Positions 5,962-14,748 of a DNA stretch of 17,507 nt are shown here, in pieces. Both the position numbers and the translations under genes were made by a program. The DNA lies in NCBI GenBank assembly GCA_038042445.1, contig JBBTED010000049.1:1-17507 (forward strand). The letters run 5' to 3'. The notes beneath the pieces were generated by a model that was not told the DNA's origin, did no database searches, and saw nothing but the letters and a program-made list of their open reading frames with translations. The DNA is from Candidatus Firestoneibacteriota bacterium (GTDB lineage: Bacteria > Oederibacteriota > D2-FULL-39-29 > JBBTED01). Within the stretch, counting starts at the first letter, position 1; every line of letters begins with the position of its first letter.

Positions 5962-8358
5962 ATGCACAAAAGAATAGCTGGGATTTGTGTGTTTTTTGTG
6001 TCGTTGTTTTTTTATTTGCATACACTTTGTCCTTCTGTTTATGTAGGGGATAGTGGGGAATTAATAGCTGCTACATATAGTTTGGGGATTGCTCATCCGC
6101 CTGGATATCCACTTTTTTGTTTTTTAGCAAAAATCATAACACTAATTTTTTCTTTTGGAGCTTTTGCATTTCAGGTAAATTTTGCAACTTCTGTATTTGC
6201 TGCTTTAACTGTAATGGTATTATATTTTTTTATTTTTGAAATTGCAAAAAGATATGGCAGTGAAAATACCAAAGAATATTTACTTATAATTATAAGTGTT
6301 ACTGGGAGTTTGTGTTTCGCTTTTTCAAAAACTTTTTGGTCGCAGTGTACTATGGCTGAAGTTTACACTTTAACTTCTTTATCTGTAATAGCCACACTTT
6401 TTCTTTTAACATCGTATGGGCGTATAGTAGAAAATGGAGATATAAATAGAGCAAAGAAAATATTGTATATATTTTCTTTGGTTTATGGGATTGCTTTTGC
6501 AAATCACAATACTCTAATGTACCTTTTTCCATTTTATACAGGATACATAATATATACAGGAAAAGGGAAATTGAAATTTGATGTTTTCATTATTGCTATT
6601 GCATTGATGTTTTTGGGGCTGACTTTTTATATGTATATGCCACTTCGGTCTTTGGCAAATCCTGCGATGGATTGGGGTAATCCTGAAACACTTGATAATT
6701 TTATAAGGCAGATTTTACGAACACAATATGGTAGACTTGCAAAAGTTCCCAGATCTATTCCCAGACTTTTTGAACAGTCATTTGTATTTTTGAAATCACT
6801 TTTGTATCAATTTACGCCATATCTATTGAGTTTGTCTATTTTAGGACTTATATTAAATTTTAAACGGAAAATTGTTATGTTTACTGTTTTGATTTTTGTT
6901 GCATTCAGTTTTGGAATAATTTTTTTGATGAATTTTAATATTACACCTAAGGAATTAGATTCTGTAGAAGTTTTTTATATTCCTGCATATCTTATAACAA
7001 CAATATGGATGAGTTTAGGTGTATTAGCAATTTGCCAAATTATTTTGCTCAAAAATACTGTAATTTTAGGTTTATTATGTTTAGTTTTGCCAGTAGCTCC
7101 TCTTTTGTCAAATTATTTTGCTGAGGATAACAGTCGCTATTTCATAGCTTATGACTATGGTTTTAATTTGTTAAAAACTCCTACAAGCAATTCAGTATTA
7201 TTTATATCACAGGATAATGAGGTTTTTACATTGGCATATTTAGTAATGGTGGAAAAATTAAGACAGGATTTGACAATATATGATGAATTAGGTGCTGTTT
7301 TCCCTAATATTTATGGAGATGATTTTTTTAAAATATCAGTACCTGAGCATTCCAAGAGGTTGACTTCAGTTGAATTAGATGTTATTGCAAAAGAAACAAG
7401 ACCTGTTTATTTTAATCTTGGAAGTAATTTGAAGCGTTTAGAAACAGTGAAGGCAAAACAATTAGGCTTACTTTTTAGAGCAATAAAGGGCAGTGTGGCA
7501 AATATCAATGAAAAATATTTCTGGGATATTTATAAGATGCGGGGAATAGATGATGATACAGTTCATAAGGATTATCTTACTAAAGATGCAATTGCACAAT
7601 ATTATTTTATTCAGGGAGAAAATTATGCATCAGTTGGAAAATTAAAAGAGGCAGGTTTGTATTATAATTTAGCTTCTAAATCTGGTGAGGGGGTTGACTG
7701 GTTACAAAGTAATATTGCCAATGCTTATATAAAGAGAGGGTTCAAAGAGGAAGCAATGCTTGAATATAAAAAAGCTGTTGAGCTTTTTCCAAAAAAAGCA
7801 TCTGCACATTATAATTTAGGTGTAGGATATGCAAAAGTAGGGATGGATACTGAAGCAATTGCTGAATACAAACGTACAATTGAACTTGATTCTTCTTATG
7901 TTGATGCATATAACAATCTTGCAAATGCATATAGAAGGAGAGGGTTACTGAATGATGCAGTTGTAACTCTTGAAAAAGCAGTTAAAATAGCTTCTGATAA
8001 AGCAGAGCTGCATTTTAATTTAGGAACAACTTATGAGGATATTGGACAACAGACACGTGCTTTAGAAGAATATAAATTAACAATACAAATAGATGCTAAA
8101 CATACTTCTGCGCGAAACAATTTGGCTAATATTTATATTGCAACAAGGATGCTTGATTTAGCAATAAATGAATATTTAAAAATATTTGAAATAGCTCCTG
8201 ATTTTGCAGATGCGCATCATAATTTGGGTGTAGCATACGCGATGAAAGGGGACATTCAAAAAGCAATAGAGCAATGGAAAATAACATTAAAAATAATGCC
8301 TAATCACATAGGTGCTGCCGAAAACCTTAACAGGGCTAGTAAAATGCTGGTTAAATAA
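5962..8358 (+). CDS. DUF2723/TMEM260-like GT-C membrane glycosyltransferase with C-terminal TPR repeats
   Basis: GDSGELIAA...LGIAHPPGYPLF, AEVYTL, NH, and LPLRS-like plus DWGNP motifs. Multiple TM segments. Repeated AHYNLG/AYNNLA TPR units in roughly the last 250 aa. Confidence 0.85.
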   Translation: MHKRIAGICVFFVSLFFYLHTLCPSVYVGDSGELIAATYSLGIAHPPGYPLFCFLAKIITLIFSFGAFAFQVNFATSVFAALTVMVLYFFIFEIAKRYGSENTKEYLLIIISVTGSLCFAFSKTFWSQCTMAEVYTLTSLSVIATLFLLTSYGRIVENGDINRAKKILYIFSLVYGIAFANHNTLMYLFPFYTGYIIYTGKGKLKFDVFIIAIALMFLGLTFYMYMPLRSLANPAMDWGNPETLDNFIRQILRTQYGRLAKVPRSIPRLFEQSFVFLKSLLYQFTPYLLSLSILGLILNFKRKIVMFTVLIFVAFSFGIIFLMNFNITPKELDSVEVFYIPAYLITTIWMSLGVLAICQIILLKNTVILGLLCLVLPVAPLLSNYFAEDNSRYFIAYDYGFNLLKTPTSNSVLFISQDNEVFTLAYLVMVEKLRQDLTIYDELGAVFPNIYGDDFFKISVPEHSKRLTSVELDVIAKETRPVYFNLGSNLKRLETVKAKQLGLLFRAIKGSVANINEKYFWDIYKMRGIDDDTVHKDYLTKDAIAQYYFIQGENYASVGKLKEAGLYYNLASKSGEGVDWLQSNIANAYIKRGFKEEAMLEYKKAVELFPKKASAHYNLGVGYAKVGMDTEAIAEYKRTIELDSSYVDAYNNLANAYRRRGLLNDAVVTLEKAVKIASDKAELHFNLGTTYEDIGQQTRALEEYKLTIQIDAKHTSARNNLANIYIATRMLDLAINEYLKIFEIAPDFADAHHNLGVAYAMKGDIQKAIEQWKITLKIMPNHIGAAENLNRASKMLVK

Positions 8359-8387
8359 TAAATATTTACTGAAGATCATTTTGTTTT

Positions 8388-8477
8388 TGTCATTCCTGCG
8401 AAAGCAGGAATCCAGAGTTTTGTTTTATCAATGTTTTAAAGACACTGGATTCTCGCTTACTACATGCGGGAATGACA
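8388..8477. repeat. REP-like palindromic element (GTCATTCCnGCG...GCGGGAATGAC type) between convergent genes
   Basis: TGTCATTCCTGCGAAAGCAGGAATCCAG...CTGGATTCTCGC...GCGGGAATGACA; terminal inverted repeats plus internal hairpins. Confidence 0.8.
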
Positions 8478-8485
8478 CGTATTTA

Positions 8486-9508
8486 TTACTTAATTAGTTT
8501 GTTTGCGAAGTTGACCCAGGATTCATCAACAGTTTTTAATGTTGAAACTGCTTCTGAAAGTGGTGCTGCAATAACTTCATTTCCTTTCAAACATGCCATT
8601 TTGCCAAAGTTTTTTTCCTGTATGAGTTCTACTGCTTTAACACCTACACGTGTTCCAAGTATTCTGTCAAATAGTGTTGGTGAGCCACCTCTTTGAATGT
8701 GTCCTATAGCAGCAGTTCTTGTTTCTATTCCTGTTTTCTTTTCTATTTCTTCTGCAATTGCTTCTCCTATACCACGTTTTTTTAATATCATATGTCCGAA
8801 TGCATCAAGTTCTTCTTTTTCTGCATTTGCACTTGGAAGTTGTACACCTTCTGATACTACCACAATCGCATATTTTTTTCTTGCATGTGCTTTTTTTAAG
8901 TGTTCACACATCTTATCTACTTCTACAGATTTTTCAGGTATAAGTATCCAGTCTGCACCGCCACCAATACCTGTGTATAATGCAACCCATCCTGCATGTC
9001 TTCCCATAACCTCAAATACCATAACTCTTCTGTGGGAGCGGGCAGTGTCTCTTAGACGTTCTAGTGCGTCTATTGCAATTGTGACAGACGTATCAAAACC
9101 AAATGTAAAATCTGTGCAGGATAAATCATTATCCATTGTTTTTGGAACACCAACAACAGGCAAACCTTTTTGATGCAATTTATTTGCTACTCCAAGTGTG
9201 TCTTCTCCACCAATGGCAATTAGTGCGTCAAGATTCATAGCCTTGAAATTTTCAAATACTTTTTGCATATCTTCTTCTTTTTTAGTTGGATTTGTTCTTG
9301 AAGTGCCAAGAATTGTACCGCCTTTTGAAATTATTTCTTCAACTTCTTCTAATGTCAGAGTTTTTGACGTGTTTTTTATCAAACCTTTCCATCCTTCAAA
9401 AATGCCAACAACTTCATAATTGAAATCTATTGCTCTAAATACTATTCCTCTTATTGCCGGGTTTAAACCAGGACAATCTCCACCACCAGTTAAAACACCA
9501 ATTCTCAT
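8486..9508 (-). CDS. pfkA: 6-phosphofructokinase (group III-like), probably pyrophosphate-dependent
   Basis: LTGGGDCPGLN, GGTILGTSR, GGEDT, PKTMDND, EVMGRHAGW and GHIQRGG motifs. Confidence 0.93.
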   Translation of the reverse strand: MRIGVLTGGGDCPGLNPAIRGIVFRAIDFNYEVVGIFEGWKGLIKNTSKTLTLEEVEEIISKGGTILGTSRTNPTKKEEDMQKVFENFKAMNLDALIAIGGEDTLGVANKLHQKGLPVVGVPKTMDNDLSCTDFTFGFDTSVTIAIDALERLRDTARSHRRVMVFEVMGRHAGWVALYTGIGGGADWILIPEKSVEVDKMCEHLKKAHARKKYAIVVVSEGVQLPSANAEKEELDAFGHMILKKRGIGEAIAEEIEKKTGIETRTAAIGHIQRGGSPTLFDRILGTRVGVKAVELIQEKNFGKMACLKGNEVIAAPLSEAVSTLKTVDESWVNFANKLIK

Positions 9509-9537
9509 AATAAATCTCCTTCTCTTATGTTAAATTT

Positions 9538-9572
9538 AACCCTCTCTATCTCCCCCTTATCAGGGGGAGGAG
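9538..9572. repeat. C/G-rich intergenic hairpin repeat
   Basis: CTCCCCCT-tatc-AGGGGGAG (9550-9569) with a flanking pyrimidine arm. Confidence 0.6.
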
Positions 9573-9584
9573 GATTTTATTAAA

Positions 9585-10496
9585 TTATTCAGCGTGTTTT
9601 ATTTCGGATTTAACTAATCCAGATACTACAGGACCAGTTATTATTCCTTTTCCACAAGCTCCAAATACTCTTATATATTCTCGTACTTTTTCTTTTACTG
9701 CTAATTTTCCAGGGAGTAAAATTTTTCGCATATCAGTTTCTTCCGGATTTATTGCTAAAGCGTCTGCACAACCTTTTATAAAGGACATACTTAATTGTGT
9801 AGCAACATTTACTTTGCAAATACCATTTGCAATAGCTTCTTGAATACTATCTAATGCAACACCGGAACTGCCATGTAGAACCAAAGGAGTATCCACTGCT
9901 TGTCTGATTTTTTTTAATCTTTCAATATCTAATCTTGCTGCTCTTGTTTTCATTGCATGAACACTTCCAATTGCCACTGCTAATGAATCGCACTTAGTTA
10001 ATTCTATGAATTTTTTTGATTCTTCTGGTTTTGTCATAACAGCTTCTATTTGTTCCTGAGTAAGTTTGTCTTTTGACTGAACAACTTTTCCGAGTTCTGC
10101 TTCTATAGGTATGTTGCAGCAATGTGCGATTTCTGCGATTTTTGCAGTAGTTTTTACATTTTCGTCAAAAGGTAAAGCAGAACCATCAAACATAAGAGAT
10201 GTGAAACCTGCTCGTAGACATTTTACATTTTGATTAAAATCTGTTCCGTGATCTAAATGCAAAATTACAGGTATAGAAGCAAGTTCTGCAGCTGTTCTTA
10301 CCATAGCAGTTGCCATTTCTAATCCGGCATATTTTATTGCACCCTGACTTATTTGTAAAAAAACAGGTGCTTTTTCTTCTTCTGCTGTTTCGATTACTGC
10401 TTCAATAAACTCCATATTATTTGCATTAAATGCACCTATTGCAAATTTTTCCTTCTGTGCTTTTTTAAGCCATTCTGTACTCGTTACTAAAGGCAT
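9585..10496 (-). CDS. fba: Class II fructose-1,6-bisphosphate aldolase
   Basis: AIGAFNANNME, HLDHG, SLMFDGS, EAELG, AVAIGSVH, VLHGSSG and KVNVAT motifs; G-rich RBS. Confidence 0.93.
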   Translation of the reverse strand: MPLVTSTEWLKKAQKEKFAIGAFNANNMEFIEAVIETAEEEKAPVFLQISQGAIKYAGLEMATAMVRTAAELASIPVILHLDHGTDFNQNVKCLRAGFTSLMFDGSALPFDENVKTTAKIAEIAHCCNIPIEAELGKVVQSKDKLTQEQIEAVMTKPEESKKFIELTKCDSLAVAIGSVHAMKTRAARLDIERLKKIRQAVDTPLVLHGSSGVALDSIQEAIANGICKVNVATQLSMSFIKGCADALAINPEETDMRKILLPGKLAVKEKVREYIRVFGACGKGIITGPVVSGLVKSEIKHAE

Positions 10497-10542
10497 AATT
10501 GCCCCCCTTTCTTAATTTGAAAATGTGATTTATAACATTTAA

Positions 10543-10571
10543 AATTTAACATCAAAATAATAATATGTCAA
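10543..10571 (-). promoter_or_regulatory. Sigma70-type promoter for fba-pfk
   Basis: Minus-strand TTGACA (10571-10566), 17 nt spacer, TAAATT (10548-10543) preceded by TGn. Confidence 0.6.
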
Positions 10572-10584
10572 TTACTATTTTCAC

Positions 10585-10613
10585 TTGACAAAATGCTAAT
10601 ATAATAGTATAAT
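10585..10613 (+). promoter_or_regulatory. Consensus sigma70 promoter for the GntR-type regulator
   Basis: TTGACA (10585-10590), 17 nt, TATAAT (10608-10613). Overlapped by the palindrome ATAGTAT-A-ATACTAT (10604-10618). Confidence 0.8.
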
Positions 10614-10624
10614 ACTATATTAGT

Positions 10625-11698
10625 ATGACAAAGAACAAAAAATACCTACTCTATGAAGTTTTAGGCAAAAAATTAATTCAGGATATTGAAAATAAAATTT
10701 TTCTACCGGGACAGAAATTGCCTCCTGAAAAAGAATTGTGTAAAAAATACAAGGTTTCTCATTTAACTATTCGTAGAGCATTGTCATTTCTTGTGGAAAA
10801 AAAATATGCTGTTCGCAAAAAAAGTGTGGGAACATTTGTGGCTGATTTTGATAATCGGTATAACAATATTGCAGATGATTTCATTGTTGTAATACTTACC
10901 AATATTTGTTTGTCTTTTTCTTCTGAAATAATAAATGCAATTGAAATTGAAGCAAACAATAATGGAAAGTCCATAATTTTATGCAATTCTAATGCAAATT
11001 TTGCTAAAGAAACTTCTTATTTGCAGCAACATATAAAAAAAGGAATAAAAAGATTTATTATATGTCCTATTGGTAATAATACATCATTTTATGAAAATTT
11101 AAAAAAAGAACATAAATTAAAAATTGTATTTGTGGATATTTCACCGCTTTCTGCTAATGGAGTAATTCCAGCCATTAAAACAGATGATATTAAAGGTGCA
11201 TACGAGGCGACAAAATATTTAATGAGTATTGGACACTCTAAAATAGTTTATATTGCAGGACCAAAAGATTTTTCATCTTCAAGAGATAGAATTAAAGGAT
11301 ATGTGCAAGCTATAGGCAAAGAAAATAGTGTTGTTTTAGATGAATCATATTCTGTAAATGGCAGTTATAATGCAACATTTAGGTTTTTTAGTAACAACAA
11401 AAAAACTGTGTTTTCTGCTATATTTGCATTCAATGATATAGCAGCAATATCTGCAAAAAATGCGTTAGAAGATTTAGGATATAAAATTCCTGATGATATT
11501 TCTATTTTTGGGTATGGCAATTTTGATATAGGAAAACACTATAAATTATCTACTGTTAATCAGCAAACAGATTTAATAGGTAAATTGTGTGTAGAAACGC
11601 TTGAGGACCATTTTTGTTATGACATAAAAAATTTGCAAAAAAGACTTATTGTAGAACCAGAACTCATAATTAGAAATTCCTGCAAGGAAATAAGATAG
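10625..11698 (+). CDS. GntR-type HTH plus LacI-type sugar-binding domain regulator (AraR-like architecture)
   Basis: N-terminal PGQKLPPEKELCKKYKVSHLTIRRAL...GTFV. C-terminal SRDRIKGY, AIFAFND, IPDDISIFGY, LSTVNQ and PELIIRNS. Confidence 0.9.
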   Translation: MTKNKKYLLYEVLGKKLIQDIENKIFLPGQKLPPEKELCKKYKVSHLTIRRALSFLVEKKYAVRKKSVGTFVADFDNRYNNIADDFIVVILTNICLSFSSEIINAIEIEANNNGKSIILCNSNANFAKETSYLQQHIKKGIKRFIICPIGNNTSFYENLKKEHKLKIVFVDISPLSANGVIPAIKTDDIKGAYEATKYLMSIGHSKIVYIAGPKDFSSSRDRIKGYVQAIGKENSVVLDESYSVNGSYNATFRFFSNNKKTVFSAIFAFNDIAAISAKNALEDLGYKIPDDISIFGYGNFDIGKHYKLSTVNQQTDLIGKLCVETLEDHFCYDIKNLQKRLIVEPELIIRNSCKEIR

Positions 11699-11745
11699 AA
11701 AATTTTTATGTCTAACAGGAAAATTTTAGAAAAAGGAGGAAGTTT

Positions 11746-14322
11746 ATGATTTATACAGGTAAGAATGTTAGGGAAATTGCTTTTCCGCTTGGTGGAATAG
11801 GGACAGGTTCAATATCTTTAGGTGGTTGGGGGCAGCTTAGAGAGTGGGAAATAATGAATAAGCCAAACAAATTAAACGAGAGGAATAAGTATTTTTATGA
11901 TGTGCCAAAACATACATTTTTTACAGTTAAGATAAAGCAGGAAAATAAGAATGATATAATCAAAGTTTTGCAAGGGAATTGTGAAGGGGATTTTATTGGA
12001 TATGGTGGTTCAGGTCCAATGCATTCAGGCGAAGGTTTGCCACATTTTCGTAAAACAAAATTTGTTGGGAATTATCCTTTTGCAAAGGTTATTTTGCAAG
12101 ATGTTGATGTTCCAGTAGATGTTACATTAGAAGCTTTCAATCCTTTTATTCCACTTAATGCAAAGGATTCAGGGATACCTGCTGCAATTTTACTTTATCA
12201 TTTTAAAAATACGAGCAATAAAACAATTGAAGGAACAATATATGGAAATTTAAGAAATATAATTGGAGATCCTGAAAAAGAAGGTAAAATCAATAAGATA
12301 AAAAAGTCATCTAATCTTACAGGATTATATTTAACAACAGACAAATTTAAAAATGATTCTCCTAAATACGGTTCTATTGCATTATCTACAATATCTAAAA
12401 ATGTAAAAATTTTACCAAAATGGAAGGATGATAGATTATCAAAATTCTGGCAAATGTTAGAATTAGATAAATTGCCAGAGGACAAAGGTGTTGCAGAAAT
12501 TGGGACAGTGGCTATAGATTTTAAAATAAAAGCTAAAGAAACAATAGCTATTCCTTTCTTTATAACATGGTGTTTTCCAAATTTTGAAAAGTATTGGGAT
12601 GCTTCATCTAATTGTTGTGGTAGTTCATCTGTCAATGAGATATGGAAAAATTATTATGCAACTATATGGGAAAATGCATGGGATGTAGCGAAATATACAG
12701 CAGATAATTTTGACAGGCTTTATAATGAAACAAAGCTATTTGCTGATACTTTGTTTTCTTCAACTTTACCTGATTATGTGTTGGATGCTATAAGTTCACA
12801 AGTATCAATATTAAAAACAACGACTTGTATAAGATTAGAAGATGGAACATTTTATGGATTTGAAGGTTGTCATAACACAGGGGGTTGTTGTGAGGGTTCA
12901 TGTGCACATGTATGGAATTATGTTCAGGCAGTTGCGTATCTTTTTCCAGAACTTCAACGTTCAATGAGAGAAGCTGATTATAAATATAGTATGGCTAAAG
13001 ATGGATTTATACAATTTAGATTACCATTGCCACTTGGTAAAAAGCCAGATTTTGAAATGCAACCGGCAGCAGATGGACAAATGGGTGGTATTATGCAAGT
13101 GTATAGAGAATGGCTTATAACTGGAGATGATAAGTGGCTAAAAGGAATATGGCAATCAGCTAAAAAAGCATTAGAGTTTGCATGGAAGTATTGGGATAAA
13201 GATAAAGATGGTGTAATGGAAGGAATGCAGCATAATACTTATGATTGTGAACTTTATGGTCCAAATACAATGATGGGTAGTTTATATTTAGGAGCACTTC
13301 GTGCAGGGGAGGAAATTGCAAGATATTTAGGAGAAATCGATAATGCAAATGAATATAGAAAGTTATTTGAGAAGGGTTCAAAATGGACGGATAAAAATTT
13401 ATTTAATGGAGAATACTATGAACAAAAAGTTAATCCAGAGGCGCATAAAATCTGGCCAAAGAAATACTGGCCAGAAAATATGAAATTGGCATGGAGGAAA
13501 GATGGCAAAGATGATAAATTTCCATCCTGGCCAAGATGGCAGTATGGAAAAGGTTGTTTGTCTGACCAGATTATTGGTCAATGGTATGCTGAGATGTTAG
13601 GATTGAGATATTTTTATAGTAAAAAAAATACTCAAAAAACCTTAAAGTCCATATATAAATATAATTGGAAAAAAGATTTATCGGGTCATGCTAATTTTCT
13701 TCGGACATACGCATTAAATAATGAATCAGGACTGTTAATTTGTACTTGGCCTAAAGGAGAAAGACCCGGATATTCTTTAGTGGATTATCCAGAAGAAATA
13801 TGGACAGGAATAGAATATCAGGTAGCAAGCCATTTGATATATGAAGGATTTATTAAAGAAGGGTTAAAGATATGTAAAGGAGTAAGAAGCAGATATAATG
13901 GAGAAAAGCGTAATCCTTGGGATGAAATAGAATGCGGGCATCATTATGCAAGGGCTATGTCAAGTTATGCACTTTTATTAGCTCTTTCAGGATTTTCATA
14001 TTCTGCACCGCAAAAGAAAATCGGATTTTCACCGCGAATAAACAAAAGTAATTTTGGAACTTTTTTTTCAGTTGGTTCAGGATGGGGATATTACAAACAA
14101 AAAATTAAAAACAACAAAGGTATTTTAGAATTAGAAATAAAATATGGCAAATTAAAATTACAGGAAATTGCGATAAATATAAAAGCTAAAAAATGTTTTG
14201 CAAAACTTGGCGATAAACAAATTGCAACTGAAATTAAATATGGAAAAGAAAAGACGTATATAATTTTTGACAATGTATTAACAATTGATAAAGATAAATC
14301 CTTAAAGTTGTATTTCAGCTAA
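11746..14322 (+). CDS. Glycoside hydrolase family 116 (GBA2-like beta-glycosidase), no evident signal peptide
   Basis: IAFPLGGIGTG, AFNPFIP, FYGFEG, DKDGVMEG.QHNTYD, EIWTGIEY and ECGHHYARAM motifs; AGGAGG RBS. Confidence 0.9.
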   Translation: MIYTGKNVREIAFPLGGIGTGSISLGGWGQLREWEIMNKPNKLNERNKYFYDVPKHTFFTVKIKQENKNDIIKVLQGNCEGDFIGYGGSGPMHSGEGLPHFRKTKFVGNYPFAKVILQDVDVPVDVTLEAFNPFIPLNAKDSGIPAAILLYHFKNTSNKTIEGTIYGNLRNIIGDPEKEGKINKIKKSSNLTGLYLTTDKFKNDSPKYGSIALSTISKNVKILPKWKDDRLSKFWQMLELDKLPEDKGVAEIGTVAIDFKIKAKETIAIPFFITWCFPNFEKYWDASSNCCGSSSVNEIWKNYYATIWENAWDVAKYTADNFDRLYNETKLFADTLFSSTLPDYVLDAISSQVSILKTTTCIRLEDGTFYGFEGCHNTGGCCEGSCAHVWNYVQAVAYLFPELQRSMREADYKYSMAKDGFIQFRLPLPLGKKPDFEMQPAADGQMGGIMQVYREWLITGDDKWLKGIWQSAKKALEFAWKYWDKDKDGVMEGMQHNTYDCELYGPNTMMGSLYLGALRAGEEIARYLGEIDNANEYRKLFEKGSKWTDKNLFNGEYYEQKVNPEAHKIWPKKYWPENMKLAWRKDGKDDKFPSWPRWQYGKGCLSDQIIGQWYAEMLGLRYFYSKKNTQKTLKSIYKYNWKKDLSGHANFLRTYALNNESGLLICTWPKGERPGYSLVDYPEEIWTGIEYQVASHLIYEGFIKEGLKICKGVRSRYNGEKRNPWDEIECGHHYARAMSSYALLLALSGFSYSAPQKKIGFSPRINKSNFGTFFSVGSGWGYYKQKIKNNKGILELEIKYGKLKLQEIAINIKAKKCFAKLGDKQIATEIKYGKEKTYIIFDNVLTIDKDKSLKLYFS

Positions 14323-14343
14323 AAAACGGTAAAAGATAATATA

Positions 14344-14376
14344 GGGCATAATTGGGGATATCCGCAATTTTTGCCC
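14344..14376 (+). terminator. Imperfect hairpin after the GH116 gene; possible terminator or RNA-stabilising stem
   Basis: GGGCATAATTG-GGGATATCCG-CAATTTTTGCCC; no clear U tract follows. Confidence 0.3.
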
Positions 14377-14392
14377 GGAACTTCGCAAAAGA

Positions 14393-14427
14393 GAGATTGC
14401 TTCGCTTCTATTGGTCGCTCGCAATGG
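14393..14427. repeat. Degenerate half of a GAGATTGCTTCG...CGCTCGCAATGAC-type palindromic repeat
   Basis: GAGATTGCTTCGCTTCTATTGGTCGCTCGCAATGG. Confidence 0.55.
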
Positions 14428-14474
14428 TAAAATGGGAGTTATGAGATATCTTATTATATAACCCCATATTTTTT

Positions 14475-14617
14475 GTAATGGGTCAGTCTTTTACGGTTTG
14501 TTATGCCCTAGTGTATTAATCGGGCATTCAGAGTCTTGTTTTATCAATATTTTAAAGACACTGGATTCCCGCTTACTACTGCGGGAATGACATCTCTGCC
14601 ATTAACTGACCCATTAC
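14475..14617. repeat. Composite repeat: 13-bp perfect inverted repeats enclosing a second copy of the REP-like element
   Basis: GTAATGGGTCAGT (14475-14487) and ACTGACCCATTAC (14605-14617). 14529-14592 matches 8413-8477 with 3 substitutions and 1 indel. Confidence 0.75.
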
Positions 14618-14636
14618 TATTTTTTCACCAAAAAAC

Positions 14637-14665
14637 TTGACAAAATCGAGGTTTTGTGCTATACT
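14637..14665 (+). promoter_or_regulatory. Sigma70 promoter with extended -10
   Basis: TTGACA (14637-14642), 17 nt, TGc-TATACT (14660-14665). Confidence 0.75.
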
Positions 14666-14685
14666 TATATGTAGTTGAAAACAAT

Positions 14686-14707
14686 AGCCTTTAAAAGGGC
14701 TTTTTTT
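14686..14707 (+). terminator. Intrinsic-terminator-like hairpin in the leader upstream of the ROK gene
   Basis: AGCCTTT-aa-AAGGGCT running into a T7 tract (14701-14707). Confidence 0.45.
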
Positions 14708-14710
14708 AGA

Positions 14711-14740
14711 TATACTTATCTCATACTTGAGATAAGTATA
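14711..14740. promoter_or_regulatory. 13-bp perfect inverted repeat; candidate ROK operator
   Basis: TATACTTATCTCA-tact-TGAGATAAGTATA, ending 8 nt before the ROK ATG. Confidence 0.7.
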
Positions 14741-14748
14741 ATAATACA

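Noticed and set aside
6350..9419. Short ORFs 6350..6532, 7742..7930, 8312..8497, 8472..8696, 8697..9173, 8719..8943 and 9198..9419
   Set aside because: Shadows of the glycosyltransferase or pfk; 8312..8497 merely translates the palindromic repeat.
14323..14748. CRISPR array, tRNA or known riboswitch in the long intergenic region
   Set aside because: No regularly spaced direct repeats, no cloverleaf and no aptamer consensus that I recognise.
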